From assembly GCF_006345805.1 (NCBI RefSeq), contig NC_042998.1, forward strand, positions 200,384,001 to 200,448,000: a stretch of DNA of 64,000 nt, written 5' to 3'. Shown one piece after another: positions 12,736 through 25,097 of this stretch. The notes under the pieces are model-generated. The model was not told the origin of the DNA and did not search any database. It saw only the letters and a program-made list of their open reading frames with translations. Numbering within the stretch: position 1 is the stretch's first letter; each line of letters begins with the position of its first letter. Made by a program: the position numbers and the translations under genes. This DNA comes from Octopus sinensis (Eukaryota).

Positions 12736-12794
12736 TGATTGATTGATTGATTCTAGTTTCAGCTTATGAGCTGTGGCCATGCTGGGGCACCGCC
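12736..12794 (-). mobile_element. 5'-truncated CR1-like LINE 3' tail
   Basis: Reverse complement ggcggtgccccagcatggccacagctcataagctgaaactag(aatc)n matches 42497-42545. Confidence 0.75.
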
Positions 12795-12826
12795 ATTTTA
12801 TATACATACATACATAAATATATACA

Positions 12827-12880
<54 letters not shown>

Positions 12881-12883
<3 letters not shown>

Positions 12884-13149
12884 TTTTACTCTTTTACTCT
12901 TTTATTTATTTCAGCCAGTTGATTGCGGCCATGCTGGAGCACCACCTTTAGTCGAGCAAATCGACCCCAGGACTTATTCTTTGTAAGCCTAGTACTTATT
13001 CTATCGATCTCTTTTTGTCGAACCGCTAAGTGACGGGGACGTAAACACACCAGCATCGGTTGGCCCGGGGCTATAGCAAAAGACACTTGCCCAAGATGCC
13101 ACGCAGTGGGACTGAACCCGGAACCATGTGGTTGGTTAGCAAGCTACTT
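12881..13149 (-). mobile_element. SINE S1, 3' part (internally deleted; interrupted by the 13150-15382 insertion)
   Basis: Matches 58995-59402; continues at 15383-15417. Confidence 0.9.
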
Positions 13150-15382
13150 TATTTCAAAACATTTGCCATAAAGGCAGTACACAGATTAAGTTAGTTTTGC
13201 GGGCTGGACGAGGACATTAATGAGGTGAATGATAATGAAAGAAAGATGATAAGGATGGGAGAAGACAGAAAGCGCCCGCCGACTTTTGTTTCTCTAAAAC
13301 ATTGTTCTTTTTTAAAAAGATAAACACAAAACGATGTATTAAACCTCTTACAATTTTTCCAATTTTTGGGCTTAACAGCCCATTATTAATACAACACGAG
13401 GTATTAATCCTCTTACAGTTTTTCAATTTTTGGACTTAAGTCCATTACTAATAATACATATCGTCCTCGAAATAGCTTGTGCCCGCGCCCTCCACCATCA
13501 ACCACGCCTCCCTCAGAACGTAGTCAAATTCCGAGTTCGCGTCGCCCGGGACCAAGTTATAATCTTCATTGGGCTCCTTTAGCCCTAGCGTCACGTCGAA
13601 CGCCACGGCCTCCACAGCTACCTGCGGAGGCCATTCGGGGTCCTGTGTGAAGGCTAAAGGTGCTCCCTTGTAGTGCTCTTCCATCACTTTTTCAATTTCT
13701 CCTCCTCTATAGAAGAGGACCAATACATTTTTCGTGGCGGCACAGTTTCCGCCAACGGTATTCCTTCTCTGTCGGTGGCACAACCCCAACCGACGTAGTT
13801 CCGCGACATTCCGGTGCTACACTGACAGCCGGTAATGTCCCGTTTTTCTTCCTCTTTTTTTTTTTTTTTCCCTTTTCAACTGAGGGAGGGTGCGTCTCCT
13901 CCGTGGCTGGAAGATTCGCCTTCCTCTCCTCATCCTATTATCCTTTGGTGAGCACCAATTGTTGCTCACCTTCCTCTTTCGGCCTCTGTTTGAGGAGTCC
14001 TCTGCTTTCTCGGCCGTTATCGTCCCCTCTTCTAGAGGGGTTTTACTTAACTGTTCCGGGATCCTATTTTGTTCCGAGGACAGTTCTTCTTTATGTGGCC
14101 GGACTCCAAGCACCGATGACACTGGGGGGGGGGCGACCCTCAAGCATCACCGGGTACCTGCACCGGCCATTTTAAAAAATCTGGAAGAACCAGATTGGCT
14201 GATGGGTCCACAGGGTCAAAATTGCTTTCGACCAACCCAAGCAGCCGCAGGAAGAACTTTTACATTGAGGAGCTTAGTTTCGCTGTCCCAGACCCCGGCG
14301 GATAGTCTCCTCTATCCACTCGGGTTCTATGTCGGGTGGCAGTCCGCAGATCCAAGCTTTCATCAATTTTTTTTTTTGTACGTGGGCAGGAATAAGATTT
14401 CCTTACCCTCCAAGGGTTTGCTAGCAAATTTGCAAGCCTCTTCAGGGGTGTCAAATAGCAACCACACCGTTGCATATTTGACACCCCTGGAAATGAATTT
14501 AATTGTTGGCAAATACTCTTCCAACTCCTCCTCAATTGCCGTCTTTTCGAATAGGGCGATGGTGTCAAGTGCCTTGGAGTAGGTTCTCAACACCACCGTC
14601 CTATCTTCACGGTCTTTTAACCACTTTTTGGGTGGTATGATTTCCCACTCCAAAAATTTGTTATTTTTCATTGCCATGTTTTTTTAAAAATATATTCAAA
14701 TTAAACTCAAAAGCAGGAAGAAAAAGTTCAAAAGTCCAAATAAAATTTTATAGATTTTTGAAAAAACAAAAAGGAGAAAGCACAACAGAAGGGAAGAAAT
14801 TAACGGAAAGTCGCAATAAGGAAAAAACAAAAGGGGGGGGGGCTAAATGAAGTTCAAAAGAAAGTTAATAAACAGAAAAAACACAGCAAAAATATTCTGG
14901 CCTTGCGGTACTCCCGGCCTGGGTTGAACCTGGAACGCCGCAACTGCAACACAACCTCCACAAAAATGGGTCCGAAAGGTAATCCAATAGTGGCTTATTT
15001 TTATACTTTTCTTGCGAAGTACTCTTACAAGGGAATAAATTCAGCAAACTCAAACACAGCGCTGGCTACCGCCAACGGTAATTTTAACAGTAACTGTATT
15101 GAATTCTGAGTATACGCCCCTCCACTGTTTTTTCTTTTTTTTTTTTTTTTTTTTCAATGAACACAAAAACGGCAGCCGCCTAGCGCAGGCGAAATTGTCT
15201 CAGAGTTGGACACAACCTACTGAAATAATAATTGGCACGCAATAAATTATGCCCAACTCACAATAAACAAAATCACTACCTCGACAACTTTCCGTTTTTG
15301 GTCTTTTTTCTTTAGTTGGACAGAGTTGTTACTCACGTCCACTAGCTCAACAGGAAGCAACCGACTAACTGCGCATGTGTAG
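13150..15382 (-). mobile_element. ORF1-only non-LTR retroposon (HAL1-like), 2.2 kb, with 13-bp TSD
   Basis: TSD tagcaagctactt at 13137-13149 and 15383-15395; about 700-bp 5' UTR, gag-like ORF, about 300-bp 3' region ending ...gaaata(aa); no RT or endonuclease seen. Confidence 0.8.
13448..14677 (-). pseudogene. Frameshifted LINE ORF1 (gag-like) with CCHC zinc knuckle
   Basis: Joined frames: MAMKNN...LFLPTYKKK / LMKAWICGLPPDIEPEWIEETI / ...YPVMLEGRPP / QCHRCLESGHIKKNCP (CX2CX4HX4C at 14080-14121) / ...SYFEDDMYY*; several frameshifts fall in homopolymer runs. Confidence 0.82.
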
Positions 15383-15417
15383 TAGCAAGCTACTTACCAC
15401 ACAGCCACTCCTGCGCC
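15383..15417 (-). mobile_element. SINE S1 5' head (continuation of 12881-13149)
   Basis: agcaagctacttaccacacagccactcctgcgcc matches 59371-59401. Confidence 0.9.
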
Positions 15418-15419
15418 GA

Positions 15420-15463
<44 letters not shown>

Positions 15464-15484
15464 CTATCTATCTATCTATCTATC

Positions 15485-15531
<47 letters not shown>

Positions 15532-15544
15532 TATATATAATATT

Positions 15545-15575
<31 letters not shown>

Positions 15576-16392
15576 GCAAGTAGATTCCCGAGACATGAAA
15601 AGAACTTCGTCAACACTCAAATAAGAAATGATAGCCAAACGTGCCTAAACACATTTCCTGATATCTTAAAACAAACACACACTGGAGCAATCTTCGATAT
15701 CTATAATCACTGGAGAAAAACATTAACAGTCCTGGAACATCTTTGATCAAATTGAAACCCTTTGGTTAAAGACTTCAACCGTGCATTGAAAAAATATTTT
15801 AAAAATTGGCTCACGATTTCCTCCTATTTCACATATTTTAGATTGCGAGCTTCCTATCTGACATGCACCATCACGGTATATATTGACGGACTTCTTGCTA
15901 CCGCAGCCACATTCGATTTCACTATTGTCCTTGGTTACATGTTATCCAACAACACTTTACTAACTTCGGTGCATCAGTATCCTACTTACCTCAATATATA
16001 AAAAAATAAAGCAATCTCGTTCATGCTCTTAAGATCACCCTTTATATCTCCGTAACTAACCTTATCTGTATCTCATCCATACACAGCTAGACATCACACG
16101 TCAGCATACACGTCACATGCCAAGAATGCATGGCCAAGAATGCATAGCTGGAAAACTCGAGAATATCCTTCAACGGGTCTCATACCATCTTTTGTTTTAG
16201 TTTACAAGACAAAGGAAAAACTCAAGCACTACTCAAATCCATCGTATGACATGAACATGAGTAGCACTGAGGAAGATGTTTCACAGATGTATTAGATGAT
16301 TGGTATCAAATATCTCCAGCATCGTTTCCTGACGAAAACGACATATTAGAACCGTACCCCTAAGACTGACCCTTCTCGCCCAAGTCAGAAAT

Positions 16393-16447
<55 letters not shown>

Positions 16448-17058
16448 TGCGTGCGTGTGTAAATATGTCCGTATATGTAGCAGGGACATTTAGTAATTGG
16501 AAAACATAGAAGAAATTAGATCCACATCATTTTATCCGATGCAAAAATATGCAACTAAAGTACAGGATCGTGATTCGCTAAAAAATTACTAACGCCATCA
16601 AAACATTTGACCTTTCAAGACCATCACTATATATCCACTACAGAAAAGAGAGCAAACGAACAGAGTCGAGAGCAGACAGCAGTCAGCAGACAGTAGAAGT
16701 GAACCAGTAGCAGACCAGATCGCTTGCAGAACACAAAACCATAATACAAAAGTAGCAAAATACAAAACCAATGGACGTTGGCAACAGCAACGAACCATGA
16801 CTAGCTAACATGACGAAACTCACGAGAATGAAGCTAGTATAAGAGCAATAAGTTTCGAACATTCGTACTATCTCGGTGTTTGTAGTTGGTAGTAACGAAA
16901 ATATTTTTATTAACGGTAAAAATAAAAATAAAAAATCAAATATCTTAAACAGATTGGTGTGTTCTTCATCGTAACACACACACAGACACACATATACACA
17001 TGCATGTATGTATACATACATACACACACACACATACACACACCACACACACACACAC

Positions 17059-17119
<61 letters not shown>

Positions 17120-17158
17120 GAGAGAGAGAGGAGAGAGAGAGAGAGAAAGAGAGAGAGA

Positions 17159-17380
17159 GATAAATGAAAGGATGGAGTCGAACGACGATTTAACAAAATT
17201 CCTTTATTCTCAAGTTTTTGTTCGTCATGATGCTGACATAAGTTCCTTGTCTTTCCTGATGAGAAGACGGCATAATGCACCCATTATTCCTTCGGAATTA
17301 AGAATATGCAGTCTTCGAAACATATGTCGAGAATAAAGGAATTTTTGAAATCGTCGTTCAACTCCATTCTTTCATTTATC
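17159..17380. repeat. Foldback element with about 52-bp imperfect arms (17159-17211 / 17329-17380) enclosing a hammerhead
   Basis: Arms read as reverse complements with about 3 differences; tail homologous to the tail of the 283-676 element (cgttca.ctccatt). Confidence 0.85.
17243..17341 (+). ncRNA. Type I hammerhead ribozyme, intact core
   Basis: Core CUGAUGA 17256-17262; stem II GAAGAC/GUCUUC extended by GCAUA/UAUGC; GAAA 17317-17320; palindromic stem III ACAUAUGU; GUC triplet, cleavage after 17328; stem I of 4 bp, a 3x3 internal loop, then UUCCUU/AAGGAA. Confidence 0.85.
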
Positions 17381-17738
17381 TATAGTAAAAAAACACACAA
17401 ATTTCCACACGAAAGCACGTGATTTCTGCCCTTGGCATGTAGCTTCAACCGTGCTGTCTGACGTAAATTTGCTACCGGGTATCGGTTAACCGAATTATCC
17501 ATACTAGGATAATTCATTCAACTACTATATATATATATATATACATATACATAATTTACATTATTTACATTTATATTTGACGGATATTTGAACTCATCTT
17601 CTTTGTTCTTAACTCAACAGTTCGGTTGATATACCCTTCAGACTTCATCACGTGTCTTGCGGTAATTTCGAACATGAGTTCTCATTCCCAAGGTATTTTT
17701 CGATATTTATGTTGTTGCTGTTGTTGTTGTTGTTGTTG

Positions 17739-17782
<44 letters not shown>

Positions 17783-17916
17783 ATTATTGTTATTATTATT
17801 GTTATTGTTATCATTGTTGTTATTATTACTCAGGTCTGCCTGAAATCGAACACGGAATCTTGGGGTTAGTAGCCCGCGCTCTTAACCACTACGCCATATG
17901 TCCATGCCCACGGGTG

Positions 17917-17985
17917 TATGGCGTAGTGGTTAAGAGCGCGGGCTACTAACCCTAAGATTCCGAGTTCGATTCCAGGCAGACCTGA
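17917..17985 (+). promoter_or_regulatory. tRNA-derived Pol III internal promoter (SINE head); mirror copy at 17830-17898 on the minus strand
   Basis: A box TGGCGTAGTGG and B box GAGTTCGATTCC; T stem and acceptor stem are disrupted, so not a functional tRNA. Confidence 0.75.
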
Positions 17986-18062
17986 GTTATAATAACAACA
18001 ACAATAATAATAATAATAATAACAATAATAATAACAACAATAATAATATTAATAACAACAAC

Positions 18063-18109
<47 letters not shown>

Positions 18110-18137
18110 TAACAATAACAACAATAACAACAACAAC

Positions 18138-18184
<47 letters not shown>

Positions 18185-18254
18185 CAACAACAACAACAAC
18201 AACAACATCGAAAAATACCTTGGGAATGAGAACTCATGTTCGAAATTACCCCAA

Positions 18255-18300
18255 GACACGTGATGAAGTCTGAAGGGTATATCAACCGAAACGTTGAGTC
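18255..18300 (+). ncRNA. Degenerate minimal type I hammerhead (mirror copy 17611-17656 on minus)
   Basis: GACAC/GAGUC stem I, core GUGAUGA (C3 to G), imperfect stem II GUCUG/CAACC, GAAAC, palindromic ACGU stem III, U17. Confidence 0.55.
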
Positions 18301-18723
18301 AAGAACAAACATGATGAGGTCAAATAAACCGTTAAATTTAAATAATGTAAATATGTAAATAATGTAAATAATATACATAGTTACTCATCTCTTAAATATA
18401 GAACTATAACACATATATATATGTATACACACACACACACATACATATATATATATATTTAATGGCATAACAAGCACGGTGGCATATATCACTCACCGCC
18501 ACAATGCACAATTAAATGTTTTATGTTGAATATACGGATGTGCAAACAAGTCGAAACTAAAATTCAGTATTTAAGTTATAAACTATCAAATCCTCTATGA
18601 TCTTTCTGAGTTGTCTCGACGCATTTAATTTCCCCCTCTCTCTCTATCTGACGCAAACACACACACACGGAGAAACCCACACACATACACACAAACAAAC
18701 TCACAAACACATACAGTTACTCA

Positions 18724-18765
<42 letters not shown>

Positions 18766-20737
18766 GATTGTCCTATTCTATTTCTTTTGACATTTTATAA
18801 ACTGTATTTGTTTTAGCGTATATTATTTCGTTTCGACATCAGCAATTCTTTTTTCCTGCTTCTCGGTCACGGATATACAAACGCTTACACAAAAACACTC
18901 AGACACACACACACACACACATACACAGACCCACACATACACACACTCAGAATCTTACACACGCGCTCACACCACACACACACGCGCTCGCTCACTGACA
19001 CACGTACACATACACACACATGAGCCCAACTAAAAGCAGCTGTATCCCCATTAATGTGACAGTCAATTTCCTATGTTTCGCTATTTATGGAAATTTTATA
19101 GTTCTTACACTGCTTCGTCCGCCTCTGCCTCCCCCCTTCTATTTCTCTCTAGTTCCGTACCTTCTCTCGGTATTTATTTCTCTCCAAAATATCGCGTAGC
19201 CTTCGTGAATGCCTCGCATCCGTCTACAGGCCACATCAGTTCTCTACATTCAAATTCTTTCTTTGACTACTTATATATCTCTTTCCATCTTCCTTCTCTC
19301 TCTTCAATTTCACACACACATACATACACGCACACATACACATACACACACACAAGTGTATATATGTATATATATATATATATATACTTGCATATGTTTG
19401 TATGCGGTGTATGCGTTTGTGTGTATGAATAACCATATGTGTGCATGTGTCTGTGTGCGTATGTGCGTATATACATATACATACACATATAATACATATA
19501 TAGAGAGGGAGAGGAAGACAGGAAGAGGGAGAGAGAGAAAGTTAGAGAGAGGGGGAGAGGGAGGGGTAGGGAGAGGGAGGGAGACAGTGAGTGAGAAAGA
19601 GAAGGAAGGAGAGACCATCAGAGTGGAAGAAGAAGCTCTTTATCTTATGAGAATCTCTTCCCTTTATTCATTAAACTTTTATTCAACTTCATCTTCTTGA
19701 CAAATACAGTTTCGTTATCTATCTTTACTTAATTTTCTTTTGCAATTTCCTTGATTACATTTCTGGATTGGAAACAGAAGTTTTGTGACAGTGTTTTTGG
19801 ACCGGAAACGGAACTTATTGGCTGAAAGACACATCCAATTTCCATTTTAACAATGGTCGCCATTTTATATTAGAACAGACCTTGATGTTTTTGTTTTTTT
19901 TCTTCCCAATAGATAACAGCAGTTTAAACAAACCTCTTTGCAATAAAGAAATACCATTCCTATGGACAATAAGACTGCTTGAAATGCGTTATTTTTTGTA
20001 TGAGAAGAAAATACTCATATCCGCTCAATTTTTGTACGGATCGTAATTTGTTATGGTATATTTACATTTGTTTAATTTTCTTTCGATATATTTGTCAATT
20101 TTCACATGTAAAATGTAATATGAATGATTTTCTCTCCTTGATAATATACTAGCAGAAAACAATACATCCCTTCCTTATTAGATGGGCATCTGCTCTTCAA
20201 ATGTAGTTGGCCATATGGTATATCTACTCAGAAGAATGTAATTCATTCGTTTATCCTCCTCCAGTCACCACATATAGTTAGTATGCACCAATGACTTCAT
20301 ATTATAAAGCCCATGCTATTCTTTCCCGCCAGAAGTTTGGCCTTCTAGTAATCTCTCTCCGTCAATGCTATTCCTTTTCACTTCTGTTTACTCCAACGCA
20401 GAAGGAGCATTAACCCATTGATTACATTAGTCGCGTAGGTCCAACAACTTTGACGTTAGGAAAAATAGGGAAATTATTACGTATAAACTCAGCGATACAA
20501 ATCTTATAACACTTCATTTTCGCATTTTTTCCTACAACTTCTTAACCGCCAAATATGATATCAGTTTTTTTTTTTACAATACTCAGTAAGATATTGATAA
20601 TCCCTGAAACATATTTCACTTAAGTTTAATTTTGGACTTTACAAGCCTCATAATCTACGTTACCTGCTACACAACCGCTAGGAAACGTAATCTTCACTGT
20701 TTTTCCTATTAATTCATATATATATATATTCATATAC

Positions 20738-20920
20738 ATTTCTTTACTGCCCACAATGCGTAAACAAGGACAGGCAAAGGGATTAAGTCGATTACATCGA
20801 CCCCGGTGCGAAACTGGCACTTTATTTATTGACCCCGAAAGGATGAAAGGCAAAGTAGACATCGGCTGAATTTGAACTCAGAACGTAACGAGAGACGAAA
20901 TACCACTAAGCATTTCGCCC
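20738..20920 (-). mobile_element. Short tRNA-derived SINE (family S2), head truncated
   Basis: Matches the reverse complement of 55911-56145. Confidence 0.85.
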
Positions 20921-20922
20921 AC

Positions 20923-20966
<44 letters not shown>

Positions 20967-22020
20967 TATGTATTGAGTGTAAATATTTGTACATAGTCTT
21001 TTATTATTTCACCTAGTAAGTGATATAAAATGTTTTTCATTACGTTTTATTCCGTATTCTTTGCTCATATCAATTTTATTTTTATATCGCAATTCCACTT
21101 GTCTATATTTGGTGATCCTCAGGTTTTGCAAGTTTTACCCTAAGTATATAATATTTCGCCTGCAAATGTTTCTTTTTATCTAGAAATACAAAATCATTTT
21201 TTTCTTTACCCACTTATTTTTCAAATTCAGTCAACTTTAGACATTTTTTTTTTTTACCTAAGTCTTTAAGTCGAGTGTGACTACTCTTTGCCAAAACATA
21301 GACAGGTGCATATTTATGTGTATTTCTTATCGGATGGATGTGAGTTCGTCCTTTAACTGGAATTATTTCCAAAATATTTCTAATCTCTTTTCTTCGTATT
21401 TTACTTTTGAATTTACTTGTGGGATTTCGTATAGGTTATGGAACCTTGTATAGAAATAATCTGTATATGATTTCAAGTATCAATCGCAGTTCAACAGATT
21501 CGTTCATATTTATGCAATGGAGGAGATTAGATGTTAAAACGGATTATATTTTTCACTTTTCATGTTGCCATACATTTTGTTTGATACAAAAGTTTCAGAT
21601 ATTCATAAATAAATAATAGTAATAGTCAAAGTTGTACTCGTCAGTAGCTGACATTAACCCACCAAAAGACGTTAGAAGGACAGAGATTTTCTCTTAGTCA
21701 TCAATTTAATATTATTGTCTTTGTTCTTGCAGTCATGCCTATTTGAATCAATACTAAAAAATATCTATTAAGTAGGCGCTAATATATGTAATATTAAAAG
21801 CCTGACATTCTCTCTCTGAAGTCCTATATATGTGTCTATCTAACACTTTTTAAATAAATTATATTACTGGTCAGGCTGTATTTGTATGTGCGATTAGGAA
21901 TCCCAAATGAGGATGTGAATGAATATTTAAATACAAATTTAGTTTTGACTTAACCGCCAATTATCCTTTCGACTTAAGAAATTTTAGAAATGGTGTTTAA
22001 TAGTATATCTATCTATCTAT

Positions 22021-22154
<134 letters not shown>

Positions 22155-22844
22155 TTATAAATATATATATATATATACCCAGTGTTTATGAGGTTTCGAG
22201 TGGAATGACGTTGTTCCTTCAACAGGGATGTACTTTATCGAAGTGTGCACCGATTTAACTCCATATCGATTTACTTCCTGGCATGTGTTAATTTGTTTTA
22301 ATATTAATTGTTTATTGATGGTTCTTATTCGACATCAGTGCACAACACTTATGAAGTTCCGGTTATAGAAGTAATAATTTATCCGATATAGACGAACATA
22401 ATTTTCATAATATAATATAAAGAAAATGGAGAGCGTAAACACTGAAGAAATCAATTCATTTATTTAATATTCAATTACAGATTACCTGTGCATGTTTCAA
22501 TTTCTCACCTTTATTGTTATATTACAATTAAAATCGTATTATGAATTTAAAAGCAATACTATTGTTGTGTATTTCACACCTTGGTTATGATCCTCGACAT
22601 TTTGGCAATGAAGTAAATCGTTGGTATTTTCCCTACTCTTATTACCCTGGAAATCGTTTATGTTTTTAGCATTATGTGCTGACATAATTTGGAATGTTTT
22701 TGAAGCGCCCTACTTTATGTATTATTTTGTGATAGTTGTACTCTTTTGAAAGATGTTTAGAGACAGCTTTATAAAATAACTTCACTATATTTGTTATAAT
22801 GTGCTTTGATAATGGTATTATGAATCATACTATATGAGAAAAGT

Positions 22845-23179
22845 TTAGTGAGGGCGCGTGGCTTAGTGGTTAGGGCATTCGGCTCATGATCGTAAGGTTG
22901 TGAGTTCGATTCCCGGCGACGCGTTGTGTCCTTGAGCAAGACACTTTATTTTCACGTTGCTCCAGTCTACTCAGCTGGCAAAAATGAGTTGTACTTGTAT
23001 TTCAAAGGGTCAGCCTTGTCACTCTCTGTGTCACGCTGATTATCCCCGAGAACTACGTTAAGGGTACACGTGTCTGTGGAATACTCAGCCATTTGCACGT
23101 TAATTTCACGAGCAAGCTGTTCCGTTGATCGTATCAGCTGGGACCCTCGTCGTCGTAACCGGTGGAGTCTTTTTTTTTT
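22845..23179 (+). mobile_element. tRNA-derived SINE (family S3), full length, 14-bp TSD
   Basis: A box tggcttagtgg, B box gagttcgattcc, ccttgagcaagacactt core; TSD tatatgagaaaagt at 22831-22844 and 23180-23193. Confidence 0.9.
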
Positions 23180-23677
23180 TATATGAGAAAAGTAAACCTA
23201 AAGTCGTAGCTTAACCTAAAGCTACATTTCGAATGAAATCCAAAGACACACATGCTGGCATACATATATACACACGCTGCTATTTCAATCTTTAAGGAAC
23301 TCTACAACTTTAAGATGCAAATGAATATATGTCAGATTTTGTCCCTGAAGAAAATTTACCTTTCGAATTCCCAATGCAATTTCCTTGTAAAATATGAATG
23401 AAGGTAGGAATTGAAACGTACATAGGCGACAAGAAATTGATTGCTATGATGTAAACAAATCGATATTCTGTGTTTACACTCTCCATTTTCCGTATCAATA
23501 CATATTTACACAAACACACGTATATATATACACACACATATATGTATACACATATATAAATAAACACACATACATATATGCATACATATATACATATGGA
23601 TTTGGATTTGGTTAGTCCATCATGCATTATATATTATATTATATATTATATTATATATACAACACATGTAAATATAC

Positions 23678-23712
<35 letters not shown>

Positions 23713-23731
23713 CATATACATATACATATAT

Positions 23732-23791
<60 letters not shown>

Positions 23792-23804
23792 TGTGTGTGT
23801 GTGG

Positions 23805-23985
23805 TGTGTGTCTTTGTGTCTGTGTATTTACTCCACGACCGCTTGACAGCTCGTATTGGTGTTTACGTCCTTACAGCTTAAAGGGTTTGGCGAAAGAAAT
23901 CAATTGATTAAGTACCAGTGGTTGATTAATTCCACTAAAAGTACATGAAGGCGCTGCCTTAGCATGGCTGATGTCTAAGAACAGA
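23805..23985 (+). mobile_element. Degenerate 3' half of SINE S1
   Basis: Similar to 46390-46580 (gcttgac...ggtgtttacgtcc...ggcgctgccttagcatggc). Confidence 0.55.
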
Positions 23986-24155
23986 TACATATACACGGTA
24001 AAAAATATATATATATCCGGTCATCCCATGAGTAATGTCCGAATTACAAATCGTGTGCCATCTCTACAAGAAGCTTTTGCAATATAAAATGGGATGTGGT
24101 TTACGGAAGGCCATTCATTATTTGTATAAATAGATGAATGGGACAGTTTTAGATG

Positions 24156-24497
24156 AATTGTTCTCAACTGGGATCCATATGGCTCTGAGAGTCCATATCA
24201 GCTTTGTGAGTCAATGCTACAAAATAATAAATAGGGCACCCACAATAATATTCTAAGGGCACCGGAAGACATTATGCTTTAGATGTATGTATTTTATGGA
24301 TTACAACAAACATCTAGGATTCTTTCTTTAACATTTTAAATAGTTCACCCTCCAGAGGTTAACGTGTAAAATGCAAATTATAAATTTTAAAATAATTATT
24401 TACAGAACTCGTTTTTAAACATAGAATGGCTATGTATAAAATAGGATAAAATAGTAATTAGCGGGGTGCATAAATAAAGAATGGTTGAGAACCACTT
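24156..24497. mobile_element. hAT-type MITE
   Basis: Ends ttgttctcaact / ggttgagaaccact resemble CAGTGGTTCTCAACC hAT TIRs; non-coding interior. Confidence 0.5.
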
Positions 24498-24894
24498 GAT
24501 ATTTTCTCAGTATGGTTTTAATGCTGCAACGAACTAAGTGTTTTCACACTTGAACCACAAGAGAGATATTTTCTCGATGGTAACTGCAGTTGAAATATGT
24601 AACAAAACATATTTCAACTAACCTAAATTCTACTCATACCTAAACACTGCTTTGCGCCTATACTCCGTTAGTTAATTTGATCGGGCGAGCTACTAGCGCA
24701 GATCAACGTGTAGACCGAATTCTGTATAAAGAAATAACTTTAGATATAAAGCTAATGCTTTAGGTACGTTCAAAGTTGTTTCTCTTAGGTATATCTTATT
24801 TCACGTGAGTAAAAAAGATCAAAGCATCGACGTCAGTTGACTATTTAACACCTTACTACTTTCATACTACCTACATTCCTTCTTATTCTCCCTT

Positions 24895-24948
24895 CTCTTT
24901 CTTCTTCTTCTTCCTCTTCTTCTTTTTCTTCTTCTTCTTCTTCTTCTT

Positions 24949-24979
<31 letters not shown>

Positions 24980-25000
24980 TTATTATTATTTTTATTATTG

Positions 25001-25096
<96 letters not shown>
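24895..25096. repeat. Compound (TTC)n(TTA)n microsatellite
   Basis: Direct reading. Confidence 0.95.

Positions 25097-25097
<1 letters not shown>

Larger units (their letters stand above)
17549..18370. mobile_element. About 820-bp palindrome: two head-to-head units of tRNA-like head, (AAT/AAC)n and hammerhead-like tail
   Basis: Left arm to 17898, 18-nt spacer, right arm from 17917; unique parts of the arms are near-perfect reverse complements. Confidence 0.9.

Noticed and set aside
13890-14582. 230-aa plus-strand ORF
   Set aside because: Antisense shadow of the retroposon ORF1; no recognisable motif.
16267-16345. CUGAGGA/CUGACGA hammerhead-like words
   Set aside because: No correctly placed GAAA or stems. 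Similar isolated words near 21115, 23346, 32418, 34565, 40300 and 44132 were rejected for the same reason.
15580-16900. Repeat-poor stretch that may be a decayed retroelement
   Set aside because: I could not identify any diagnostic protein or RNA motif, so it is left unannotated.
17917-17985. Possible tRNA gene (ACT anticodon-like loop)
   Set aside because: The T stem and acceptor stem are mispaired and it runs directly into repeat body; treated as a SINE head.
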